From positions 2,003,374 through 2,067,373 of the forward strand of contig NW_003314282.1 of the NCBI RefSeq assembly GCF_000143415.4: a stretch of 64,000 nucleotides of DNA, given 5' to 3'. This DNA is from Selaginella moellendorffii. Lineage: Eukaryota; Plantae; Lycopodiophyta. A program made the position numbers and the translations under genes. Positions 13,891 through 26,047 of the stretch are shown in pieces; within the stretch, counting starts at the first letter, position 1, and every line of letters starts with the position of its first letter. The notes under the pieces were generated by a model. That model made no database searches and had not been told where the DNA came from. It saw only the letters and a list, made by a program, of their open reading frames with translations.

Positions 13891-16800
13891 TCAGCCTCTC
13901 TGGAGCTCCATACGGTTTACTGCAGTGAGAGGAATCCTGGTTTCCCGCTTGGCTGCTTCCAAGGATGTGAATGCTTTCGCGCCTTCTTTTGCCATGGCAT
14001 TTTCTTGCCTTGGATGCTTCCTGGGGCTGTGCTTGTCTTGAAACTCCTGCAGCAGGACATCCGAGTGTGGTGCTCGTAGTTGCTGAATGCACGCGCTCGT
14101 AGGAATCTCGATTGAACGCTTTCTTGGTGTCGTACACGTCGGTTGATCCTCCTGCCAAGCAGAGAGTCAGTTGTTAGTTAACAAGCTCAGGACGTACACA
14201 AGTGTACCTTATATCTGCTTGACAGATACGTGTCCGCGGTGCCCGTTATTTCTTCCACGCTCTTGGTGTGCTCCATTTCCATGTCTTTCAGCTGTCGGCA
14301 ATGCGATCCAATATGCGATTGGACACTCAAGAGCACCTCATGCTCAGTGGCATGGACATCTGTATATACCAAGAGTTAAAAGAATGTACCTGGCAGCTAG
14401 CTACACAGGGAGGAAGAAGCTTACTGTTGGTATGCGTCGAAATGGATCCTATCTCCGACGACACTTCTTCTTGCGCCAACATGTTTGCGGCGCCCAAGGT
14501 TGTCGAGAATAGACACTCCGATTTGTGCGCTTCCCTGAAACAAACGTAGATATTACCATGCACAGGAAGCGTTGAATGGCAAAACGAACTCGAATATTGC
14601 AGCAACCACAGGAACGTTGTTTTCTCCAAGAACTCGCAAAGAGCCCAAGGACGATTTCCATTTGTCTGCGGCAACACCGGTATCTTTGACACTGGGAACA
14701 AGGAGATCAGCTCAGCGCAAGTATGTTCAACGCAAATGTACCTTTGCTGAAGAAGCTCCTCCATGTGACAGTGTCTGGCTGCCAGCAAAGCAGACGCATC
14801 ACGTGCATTGACATCAGCTTCCTTTACAAAGATGTTAAGACGGTCCTCTGTATGAGAAACGGCCACTTGAGTGTCAAGAACACTTTTGCGTATGCATTGT
14901 GTATCCTTTGCAGAAGCCTCCATCAAAGAGTTGATCCGCTCAGCCACCTACACCACGAAAGTAAATAAAACTAAAGCTATCAAAGATTATACTGGACATT
15001 ACCATTTTCTTACTTCGATCCATAACACTAACCAGCAAGGTGCTGATTTCGTCTTGCAGGTGTTTCTCTTCTCTTTTAGACATTTCCTGTCGTAAGAAGT
15101 TAAATCAGATCGATCTTATGCATAAATGCTCAACGCACCTGATACTCGAGTGAAAGGCCAGAAAGAAGCTCATGGCGAGTCTTATGAGTTTCATCAATCA
15201 TACGACCCATTTCAGTAACATCTTCTCTCAACTTCCCACAAAACTCCACCATCAGAGTCAGGACCGCGCTTGCAGCTTCTGCATTGTGACGGCAGCTCTG
15301 CGCAGCAGATAGTTAACTCAAGATCATTCTAATAAGGTGAACACAGACCTCTCTTTGCTGCTGTGCAAACAAAGCCAGTTCACGCTGCTGCTCAGAAAGA
15401 TGCGATTCGAACATTTCCAGAGTTCCATCGGCTTGTGAAGCAACGGCAGAAAGTAGCTGAAACACGAACACAAAATATAAAACAAGTAAAAAGAAAAACG
15501 TTCTCACATCTGAAGTAGAAGCGTAATGAGTTGAAACAGCTGTCTGAATCTTGTCCAAAGTATGAACGGCATCTTGCTGGTGTTCTCCAACAATACCATG
15601 AACAGACTGAAGTCTAGAACAACAGGTTCTCTTCAAGCCTTCCAACCTCTCTTTCAAATCGTCAACATTCTAGAAACACAGAAACGAAAATCAAAATCAA
15701 TGCGGAACCAAAATAACAGCCGCACCTCATTCCTGGAAGACATAAAACTTCCCAGTTGTTGTTCAAGCGCTTGCAATTGCTTTTGCTGCTGAGACAAAAA
15801 TGTGCCTAATGAACAATTTAGGGACTGAAGGTGCACAGAAAGCTCTTCACGAAACGTCCCGACTAGTTTTTTGTTGTACGACTCCAAACTGCCCTTTCTC
15901 TCTGAACAAAGTATAACGATGGTGATACCCAATAAACTTGCAACCAACACACCTATTTTTTGGAATAAACCGTCAATCTCCTTAGCTGCAGTTTCTAAGT
16001 CGCCACAAAGCTTGCACGCTTGTTCGACCAGAACAGTCTCTGCAGCAGAAAGTTTGTGCAACTATTAAATTCGAAAATACAACAAACCTGCATCCTGTTG
16101 CCGAGAAATGACAAATTCACGACCATGAACTGCGTAAAGGGTTTGCCTAAGATTTTCTTTTGTCGTCGAAAGAGTTTCGACAGTTTCCTCAAGTGTAGCC
16201 TGAAAGCCACGAATATTGAAGTGTATATAGCAATAAGAACAAAAATCAAACCTGCGTCTCGTCAAGCTTTGCTTGTAGTTCGGTGTTGTGCTGTTGCCTT
16301 CGTTCACATAACTCTTGAATCTCATCTAGATGCTGTAGCAAAGAAAAACACATATTATGTCGGAAATACAGGTCATTTTTACCTTGTCTTTCGTTTCAAT
16401 CTCGTACTCCATATGTTCAATACGCTCTGTCATTGCCTGACAAGAAACTCTTCTAGAAGGCATGAAGGTTGAGTCAAAAATCATACCTTCTTGTCAGCTT
16501 CGTCTTGATAGTAGCGTTCACGAGGCACATAGATGCCATTTTTCTCCCGAGCAGCATAAACCTCTGCTCCATAAATCAGTAAACACATAAGAGAAAAACA
16601 AAACCCCACCTGATTTCAGTCTTTCAATTTCTCCATAGAGGTCCTTTATCAGTGCAGACTTCATCATCTTTTGATTAACCTATGCCAAGAGAAGAGATCG
16701 GAATTGCGGTAACATTTTACAATGCTCGTACCTCTGGTTTGTTCCTGATGTTCTTAGCTCGATGAGCATAATCCAACGTGCTGAGTGTTTCCTCTAGGCA

Positions 16801-18202
16801 GTGCACAGACGGAGATACGGTGGCAATAATGCACGTTTTTGTTCTGCCGCCCAAAGAGTCTCGTAAAAGCCTCGTGAGCTTACTGTCCCTGTTCAAACCA
16901 CCATTATATTTAGCAAAGCAGTAAGTACGGTTCTTCGTTTCTTCGTAGTCAGTCACTAACCTGTATGGAATGTGGCCGAGATGTTCAACAAGGGCAGTTA
17001 TGACCCGTCCAAGCGTCAGTAGACTCTTATTGATTTCTCCGGCTTCTCTAGCACGCCCCTGACAACAAACCATGGGAGTCATGTCATGATCACTGACTAG
17101 AGCCACACTCACCTCCCTAGCTCCAGAGCGGCAAATATTCTCTGAGCCAGCCAAGTCGACTAAGTTCAGCTTGCCACATTTTATTAACTCCTCGCCTTCA
17201 GGTGTTGCTTCTTTGATATGAATCGTGATTGAAAATATGGAATGTGAACGGCTGCAACAACACAAAGAATACAGGTTCGTACTTAGCCAGATCCTTCTAG
17301 GGGCGTACCTCGATTGCTTGTTTAGAAGCGTTTCTGCTGTTCGCCTTTTAGAAGATCCCCGATCAAGAAGGCTGTAAATTTCGTTTGCACTGGTCACGAT
17401 TTCCTCTTCAAGACCCCGGACAAGTACTCCTCCCTTCCCGTCCTCCATCAGAGCCAAAGGCTTTTTCTGCTTCTCGTCTCCCATCACCTTCGAAAGCTCC
17501 TCAGGTGCGAGCAAGTCTGTGATTTCTTCGTTGTAAAGTTCCAGAAACGTGACTTTGACACTGTACTCGGCATTCTGGCTTTCTAGCGTGTCAAAGATTT
17601 GTTGAACCGCTCTTGGAATAACTCCAGCTTCAGAAGGGAGTTCCCCGCTCTGGAACCATAAAGATGAGATAGGACATTCTAGATAAGAAAGGCATCGATA
17701 TTCATACCTTGGGTTTTCTTCCTGCTCCCTCCATAGTGTAAGTTTTCCCCGTTCCGGTCTGTCCATACGCAAAAATGGTACAGTTGAAGCCTTCGAGAAC
17801 TTCGTTCACAATGGGAATGATTGCTTGATCATACAAATCGCGCTGCTGAGAAGAAGGACCAAAGACCTGCACTTACGTGGGTTTGAGCTTTCCTCGCGGC
17901 GGAAGAGCAAAGAGGGAAAAAAGAAAAGAGAGAAAGGGACGAGGTACCTTGTCAAATGTGAATGTCCTGTCAATTTGCTTGCTGGCGATGTTCTGGTACA
18001 CAGTGACCTCGCGGCGTTGGTCGTGGCAAGAGATGACTTGGGGCGCATTCGCCTTGATCTCGTCGTCATTGAAGGGCCTGGAGTAGCAAGAGCAGAGAGA
18101 TGGGCAGCGGCGGAGGCCAGATCAAGCATTCTCTTACCTGCATCGCAGTAGAACCTGGACATTGACGCCCTTGTCCTTGTCTTTCTCGTGGCGGCCCGCC
18201 AT
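13891..18202 (-). CDS. Kinesin-5 (BimC/Eg5/KRP125 family), many exons
   Basis: N-terminal motor: [69 protein letters not shown]. Coiled-coil stalk. The last exon holds the BimC box [12 protein letters not shown] and ends [10 protein letters not shown] (TGA 13891-13893). Confidence 0.93.
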
Positions 18203-18471
18203 GGCCGACGGCGAGAAGCTTGCGATCCTGCTCGCCACAGCTGCGTCGATCGATGGATGCCCTAACCTAGACAGCCACGAGCAAGACACCACTTTCCCGC
18301 TTCTCCGCCTCGCCAAAGCTTTTAGGCTATCAGGGCTCCAACGGAAAGAAATATTTCAAACGATTGGGGCTAAAGTGTGTCGAACCCGTGACCTATGGGC
18401 GCATTTTAGGGCATGGCTTCCTCCTTGTGTGCTCCAAGGGCGGTAGCAGTCAAGGGGAGCGCGGGCGAGGC

Positions 18472-19218
18472 ATGGGCGAATGCGTCAATCCTTCACCAAA
18501 TGCGGTGCAATGCCGGCATCGCACCACGGATTTCCGGCTCCTTCGACGGCAAAACAGGGAGATCGGGCGATCCGTTGTGGTGAAGAGTATGTCTAGCTCC
18601 CAGTCTCAAACGGATGATCTCATCAAGAGCAAGAACGAGCACAATCCCGTTGTCATTTACTCCAAGTCGTGGTGCCCGTAAGTTTTCTCCAAAGTTTCTC
18701 TCTCTCATGTTATTTTACTCGGGACTTGATTTGTGTGTTGAGACCAGCTATTGCAGCAAGGTGAAGGGCCTGTTTAAGAAGCTGGGAGTGAAGGTGGTGG
18801 TCGTGGAATTGGACGAGCTCGGTGACTGGTTTTTCTCTCTGTAGCTCGTCTCTTGGATCCGACTCGAAGATCTGATGGTTTGTTTCGGATTTGTGTCTTA
18901 GTTGAGGAGGCGGACGTCCAGGCAGCCTTGAAAAGAATGACCGGGCAATCAACGGTGCCCAACGTGTTTATTGGTGAGCAAACTCTTTGCTTGCTTTGTC
19001 TAATGAATTCCTCCCTCCGTGGCATTCTCAGGTGGAAAGCATGTCGGGGGATGCGATGGTATGTTACAACCAAGTACTTGGATCTTGTTCTACCGTAGAA
19101 TGACTTCCTTTTCTTTCTTCCAATTCCAATCTGTCTGTCTACAGATACGCATCGCCTTCACAGTCAGGGGAAGCTCATCCCGATGCTGCAGGGTGCCAAG
19201 GCTCAAATGCAGGGATGA
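18472..19218 (+). CDS. Class I glutaredoxin, WCPYC active site (GrxC5/S12-like, probable plastid transit peptide); start uncertain
   Basis: NPVVIYSKSWCP|YCSKVK.LF, VVELDEL, MTGQSTVPNVFI|GGKHVGGCD|DT...GKLIPML. TGA at 19216-19218. Confidence 0.88.
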
Positions 19219-19480
19219 ATAAAAAGAGATTTGAGAGAGTTTTAGGGGGCTCGTCGTGTAGCCGCTGAGCGAGCTGCTTATCAGCAACAAAGGCGACAGG
19301 AGAGAAATGAGCGGACGAGGAGGGATATGTGTGTGTCGCCATTGGCTCACTGGAGTTTCAATAAAAATAAATAACGTGGGAGACGGAGACCTTAAAATTA
19401 AAACAGCCTACTATTCCTACTAGTTATTTAGAGGCGCAGGGAGAAGGAAGGCAGGAGGAGGAGAGGAGCAACAACGAGCA

Positions 19481-20597
19481 ATGGCAATGGTGGGCGCAGC
19501 AGCCGCACCCTTGTGTACGTGGCTGATTGCGGCGTGCCTCACCCATGGGATCTGCGGCGGAGACCTCAATTCCTCCTCCATTTCAATGGCTCCGCCTCCC
19601 GCTGGCAGCAGGAGATCCAGGCGACGAGCTCGCGATCTACAGCAGCTCCACGCCACCGCCAGCGCCGCCGCCGCCGCCCCCCCAACATCCATGGCAGGAG
19701 CTGTGGTCGCGCTTTACGAATCAGGTCTGTCGTGCCTCTCTTTCGAGGCATGCCCCGAGTACCATCGCTCCGCAAAGTGGTCTCCCTCCTTCTTCGCTGC
19801 CGCTCCCTCGTCGTCGTCGTCGTCGTCGTCCAGGCCGTCTAGGAGACGAGGTCCTCGAGCAACAGCAGCAGCACCAGGTACGCTCGCATTTCTATCGCAT
19901 TCGTATCGAGGTCACTGCTCTTGTTTGACTTGGTGTTGCTTGTCACTGGTACCACTTAGTGCTGCTAAGTCGATCGTGGCGAGCTCAGCCTGCAAGCCTT
20001 GGTTGCATGCATGCATGCATGCACGCACGCACGAGAATGAGATTTTGGATTTTGCATTGGAAGAATGGTTGCTCATTGCTCACTAGTGAATCTCGCTATG
20101 GATTGCAGCAGGAAGAAACATGGCAGTGGCTGTTCAACCTATGCAACCTGTGCAACCTGTCAAGGAGAGCGTGGAGAGGAAAGTTGTGGCGACCAAGAAA
20201 CGGAGGGTCGTTGTCACGGGAATGGGTGTTGTGTCCTGCCTTGGACACGAGCCGGATGCTTTCTACGAGAATCTGCTCCGAGGCACAAGTGGAATAACAG
20301 AGATCGAGAACTTCGACTGCAAAGATTTTCCTACTGTAAGGATCCTGGAACTCGATTCACTCTTTGTTTTATTTACTCTTGTCTCTTTGCACCAGAGGAT
20401 TGCCGGCGAGATCAAAGACTTCTCGCCCGATGGTTGGGTGGCCCCCAAGTTTTGTAAGCGCATGGACAAGTTCATGCTCTACTTGCTCACGGCTGGCAAG
20501 AAAGCTGTAGCGGACGCTGGAATGACTCGGGACGTGATAGACCAGCTCGACAAGACGAAGTGCGGGGTTCTCATTGGTTCTGCAATGGGAGGCATGC

Positions 20598-20645
<48 letters not shown>

Positions 20646-22194
20646 CCACTAAAGTCTCTTTCTTTCTGTTGTTAGTCTACTCTTAACTCTTGTCGTGGCT
20701 CTGTTTTTCCCTTGCGTTGTGCCAGGTGTTTAGCGATGCAATCGAGGCTCTCAGAGTGTCATACCGCAAGATGAACCCGTTTTGTGTTCCGTTTGCGACA
20801 ACAAATATGGGTTCCGCGATGTTAGCGATGGATCTGGTATGTACGCGTTGGAACGGCAAAACACAGAGTTAACGGATTTCATTTTCTGACCAGGGATGGA
20901 TGGGGCCGAACTACTCCATCTCGACGGCCTGTGCAACCAGCAACTATTGCATGTTGAGCGCCGCCAATCACATTGTCAGAGGCGAAGCGGTAACGAGAGA
21001 TTTGATCGAGTTAGAATCTTTTTGACACAATTATAGAAAGCCTTTCTGCACAGGACGTGATGCTTGCTGGTGGATCTGATGCAGCCATCATTCCTATTGG
21101 TATGTCATTCTGGACACTACGTGTCCAGTGTTGCTGCGTGAACTGACTGCTCAACTTCATCCACTGTAGGCCTCGGAGGATTTGTTGCCTGCAGGGCATT
21201 GTCTCAGCGCAACAACGAACCATCAAGAGCTTCTCGCCCGTGGGATGAGGTGAGTTGCATGCACTTGTGCACAGTGGCAGAGTTTTTACTATGTAGCAAT
21301 GGTTTTGCAGGGCCGAGACGGGTTTGTGATGGGGGAGGGTGCGGGCGTCATCGTCTTGGAGGAGTTGGAACACGCCAAGGTGGGTCTTTGAACGTTTGCA
21401 GTCGAGGAGTGTGAACAATCTAAACAATGCAGAGGCGAGGTGCCGAGATATATGCGGAGTTTCTAGGCGGAAGTTCGACTTGCGATGCGTATCACATGAC
21501 GGAGCCCCATCCCGAAGGTGCTATACCTGTTAAATGTTATTTATTTTTTCCTTTTCTTTTTGAATTTCTTCTTTATAACCGTGTTCAAGCAGGCGCGGGT
21601 ATCTTGCTCTGCATTGAGAAGGCGCTGGCCCAAGCTGGCGTCGATAGACAAGACGTCAACTATGTGAATGCTCATGCAACTTCCACCCGGGCTGGCGATG
21701 TCCAGGAGTACAAGGCTATTATGCGGTGCTTCGGCAGTAATTCCGAGGTACTCTTCAACAGAACGAGCTTCATTCGGTAACGCTCATTTGCGTTGTGGCG
21801 CAGATTAAAGTCAACTCCACGAAGTCCATGACAGGGCACTTGCTAGGAGCAGCAGGGGGTGTTGAGGCGATTGCAACGATTCAGGTACTTGCCTTCAAAT
21901 GTTTCAGGATTAAAGTGAAAAGTGCGTGTGTGTTCTAGGCAATCCGAAGTGGATGGGTGCATCCCACAATCAACATCGATACACCCGAGAAGGACGTGGT
22001 AAGTAATCTCACCCTTGAGATTACGATCGCTTTGATATCAATGTGTTGCTCGTTAACGGTCTCCGCAGAACATGGAGGTAATCGTTGGTGCCAACAAACA
22101 GAAGCTGGACGTCAAAGTGGCCCTGTCAAACTCGTTCGGTTTCGGCGGACACAACTCGTCTGTTATTTTTGCGCCGTATCCAGCAAAGAAGTAA
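19481..22194 (+). CDS. KASII: 3-oxoacyl-ACP synthase II (KAS II), plastid, many exons
   Basis: KASII-type N-terminus [98 protein letters not shown] at 22192-22194. Confidence 0.95.
20600..20644 (+). repeat. (GT)22 microsatellite at the start of a KAS II intron
   Basis: Pure GT run that begins exactly at the 5' splice donor after ...ATGCAG. Confidence 0.95.
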
Positions 22195-23470
22195 AAAGAC
22201 TTCCGTGTGCTCTTTTTAAAATAATCAAAACTCTTTGCACAAAACGAAACCGTATTACGTCTTTCGTGAGGGAAGATGTCGTCTCGAGGTCTTTCCATGG
22301 CATTGTGGAGAGTGTCCAGTCACTCCGTCGTAAGTTGCAGGCTGGGTGAGGCGGGCCCATCGCAACATCTCTTTTGACTCCTACTCACTCTATTTGCCGG
22401 TGCCGTCCAACAAAATTAACCACACACCCCACACTAGGATTTGACAGACGAGGAAAGAAGGTGGCTAGCTTGCAAGATTCTTAGCTAACCTCCAAGAGGA
22501 AAAAAGATTGCTTGAATCGCAGACGAACTAAAATAAGCACTCACTGTTGCAATTGGGGGGTTCCATGTCGCTGTCCTCCTCTCAGCCAAATCTCCCCAAA
22601 TCGGATTGCAAATCCCTCGCGCCTTTGTCTTGTAACGGCGCCAAAATCCAAGAGGAATATCTTGGCTTTGTCGTCTGCTTTTGAAACGTTGAGCTAGGTT
22701 ATGACAAGAAAAGAGAGTGATCAGAAACTCCTGGTCGCTGAGGGATATGCAAGGCAAACCTTTCTGGTTACCTTGTTCCCTTTATAAAACTATATAAATA
22801 AAAAAATCAAATCAAGGGGGTAAATGATGTGCACCACGCCAACCAAAATGACGTGCCGAGCGTAGATACACCGTTCTTGTGGAGATTCAGAGCATGCTTA
22901 AGTTGCTTGACGATGCGATGAGCAGCTCGGAACAAATACAAGCCTATGGATCAAAAACAGCTCTGGGACATCCCAGCATGCACCATGGCGCGCTCAACAA
23001 TGGCTTTGGCGCAAACAGGCTGCTGTCCGTCACGAGTGGCGGGCTACTGGAACTAGAGCGTGGGCTTTCAGCAGGTTGATTTTCTTGTTTGTGAGTGCTC
23101 ATCATCCACGCAACCTTTCAAAGACAATAAGCCGATCATTCCAGTACAGGTATGCAGGCACAACGAGCATCCTGACTCTCTTTTCAGGAGATCCTCACGG
23201 CTGTGGACAAAGGAGGTGCAAAGCTTGGGATAGTCATTGCAATCGACCCACCCAGCGACAAGCGTTTTACAAGCTGGCGGGAGGAGAGCTCGAGACGATT
23301 TGGGAGATGAAAAACTGCTACTAGATGCGATTGAACTCCAAGAGACTCTTGTTCTTAGTCAATATAAAAGCTTTAGATTTGTCTTCACCGCCTCTTATAC
23401 ACAAGAAACGAAACATATCCACGTTTTAAGCCTAGGGCTCTTTTCTACAGGGGATTCAGGATCGAGGGCG

Positions 23471-24359
23471 ATGGTTTGTGTCGCTCGCCTGTCTAAGTTG
23501 AGTTGCAAGCTTACATTTGTGTTTGCGTGCAAAGGCGAACACTTTGAGGCCGTATCTGACATGCATCAGGAACACGCTTACTGCGGCTATGAGTCTCCAG
23601 GTGGGCGATCAGATCCATGCCTGAATCCATTTTTACTCTTTTCGCTAGCTGTAGAATTTCCCATGTCAAGATGTGGAGCGACATAACAAGCCCGAAGTTG
23701 AGTTCAAGTAAGCTTTGCCTGGTGTGATTTCTTCTTCTCTCCACTCAAAATGTTCATCCTTGCTGGGGCAGAACCAACACGGAGCTACTCCTTAATCCCG
23801 TAAGTGCTCTCTTGCTTGCATTTGCACTGGACTTTAGTTTGCTTCCCAGATCTTAATCTGCCGTAACGAAGCAGAAAAATGCTTGATTGAAACGTCGATC
23901 AACTCCCTGCGAATCAGCATCAAGGTAAGCGCATCCAGAAGAAGCATGCGGGCATGAAAATGAATGCGCAGGTCAAACAAGCTGACGAGCTGGAAAACAT
24001 CCTCACCAAGAAGTTCTTGAGGTTCTTAGCCATGAGGGCCGAATCCTTTCAAGTTCTTCGGAGAAAGCCTGTACAGGTAACTTCGTATCGTCCTCATGCT
24101 CGCTGCACGTCTAACTGATTGACCACAGGGCTACGATATCAGCTTCTTGATCACCAACCAACACTGTGAAGAGATGAACAAGCACAGGCTGATTGACTTC
24201 ATTGTCAGGTTTATGGAGGTGAGCTGCGAGATTGGGCTTGGCTAGCCGTCTGAAACGTTTGCTCTGCAGGATATTGACAAGGAGATAAGTGAGCTTAAGC
24301 TCTCTGTGAACACTCGAGGACGCCTGGTTGCGTCTGAGTATCTTAAGCAGTACACATAG
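23471..24359 (+). CDS. ARPC4: Arp2/3 complex subunit 4 (p20)
   Basis: M|[53 protein letters not shown]|[28 protein letters not shown]|[31 protein letters not shown] at 24357-24359. Confidence 0.96.
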
Positions 24360-24367
24360 CGGATAGA

Positions 24368-25521
24368 TCATCCATATCCTATGGCAGCGCTCGTTAGTAG
24401 CAGTTTCTCCCTAGACCTGCAAAATGAAACGTCTCTTTGGTGGGTGTCACCACAGACCATCCATTCATTCACCTTGGGACACAGGGGTGTGCTGCTCTTG
24501 CGAGCAATGGCGGTGGGACACATTTCCAGGCACGGCGTTGAAACCGATGGATCGTCCTCCGGCGAAGGGGCTTCCACGCCAAACTTGAACTGGTAGGCGC
24601 GCCAAGGTCAGAGTTTCAAAAGCAGCAAATCGCCTCAGGCATTTACCTGACAACTCAAGTCGGCGAAGTTTGGTTCCATGAGCAGTGGCACTCCCAATTC
24701 CTTGCTGATAAACGCCTGGAACCAAGGAGCCAGCGGTGTGAGACTTACAGATTTAATGCGATGCACACCTGCGTGGGCAACTTGCAAGTATGGATGCAGA
24801 TACCAGCGCACTTGGAGTGCTCCAGGTATTTGCATTTTTCGACGAGAACCTAGAAACGAATTACCATTAGCACCATCCATTTAAGCACGTACCCCGCTTG
24901 GAATGGAGGTTCCGTCCGACAGCTCCACACTGCCGATAGAACAGGTTCCCATGAGCCATTGACAAGTCGCTTGAGTCACTCTAGCTGCTCAAACACCTCG
25001 TGAAGATGGTCTCAAGCCGCGGAGGCGAGTGGCTTACCGGATAGGATGGCTGCAAGCTTTCCCTTGTTGATAGGTAGCACCACGGCTCTAAAGAGGCGCA
25101 GCAACGACTGTGGAAACATGGAGTTGAGAATGCGCACCTTTCAGAGAGAGCAACGAGCGTCAGACGGAGGAGGAGGACACGATTCTTCCAACTTACCGTG
25201 GCTTGCTCCACATCGGACTTGGCCTTGTATTTTGCCATGAGAAGCTGGGACAATTGAATCAAGCCATCGTAGCCAGGCCTGTCCGCGTCGCGTCCCACTT
25301 CCTGCCTAGCCAGGGTTACGAGCGCGAATGCCGCAGCACGCCACACCCACCTGTGCCAATTTGTTGCGAAACAAGGACAGGAACGCGGCGTCCAGCAGCG
25401 GGCCTTCCCTGTAGGATGCCGCAGCCTCCCTGCTGCTGTTGCCCATGGCGCTGCAGCGCACCGGGGCAGTGCAGCGGCAGGACAAGGTGGTGGTGCTCAT
25501 CGCCAGCAGGTTGGTGGCCAT
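24368..25521 (-). CDS. D27L2: DWARF27-like beta-carotene isomerase (D27-like2 type); exact 3' end uncertain
   Basis: LFRNKLAQ|EVG..PGYDGLI, VRILNSMFP, ARVT.ATCQWLMG, VEKCKYLEHSKCAGICIHTCKLPTQ, LGVPLLMEPNFADLSCQ|FKFG, PCLEMCP. Confidence 0.88.
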
Positions 25522-25561
25522 AGAGCGCAAAACCCTAGCTTGACCTATAGCACAGGGGCGC

Positions 25562-25952
25562 ATGGAGCAGGGAAGCAAGCCCCCGCTGCCCACCACGCCG
25601 GTTCTCATGTCGGTGGCCCGGCATGTGGCCCGGCGATGCACGGCGCAGAACAAAGCCTTCATGGAGTGCAAGCGCAGCCTGAGGGATCCGGAGAAGTGCC
25701 TGGACGAGGGCCACCAGGTCATGGGCTGCGTCTCCAGCTTGTGAGTAGCGCTATTCGCGCCCCTCGCCCACCACCACCACCACTGTGCTTGTGTGCTTGT
25801 GTGCTTGCAGGATCAAGGAGCTCCATGCCACCTGTGGCAAGGAGATGGAGTCGTACACGGGCTGCATGGACTACTACTCCAAGGACTTGGAGATGTGCCG
25901 GCAGAAGCAAAAGGAATTCGAGGCAGCCTGCCCGCTGCCAGAATTGAGCTAG
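25562..25952 (+). CDS. NDUFA8: NADH dehydrogenase 1 alpha subcomplex subunit 8 (CX9C protein), 2 exons
   Basis: PTTPVLMSVARH..RC...NKAFMECK...DPEKCLDEG.QV..CV..L|IKELH..C..EM..Y..CMDYY....EMCR..QKEFEAACP. TAG at 25950-25952. Confidence 0.92.
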
Positions 25953-26047
25953 ATCTCTCTTGCTGTACTTTTTAGTTGGCCAGGCGCCGATGAATCAAAC
26001 CCACTTCACTCGCCTCTCTTAAGTCTAGGCTAGCTAAGTAGGGTTTC

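Noticed and set aside
22800-23340. Coding-looking segment with an upstream TATA-like tract between KAS II and ARPC4
   Set aside because: No consistent spliced ORF or recognisable family. It may be an orphan gene or pseudogene fragment but cannot be supported.
13891-24359. Kinesin-5 and ARPC4 as members of the ciliary cluster
   Set aside because: General cytoskeletal genes retained in non-flagellated plants and separated from the cluster by unrelated genes.
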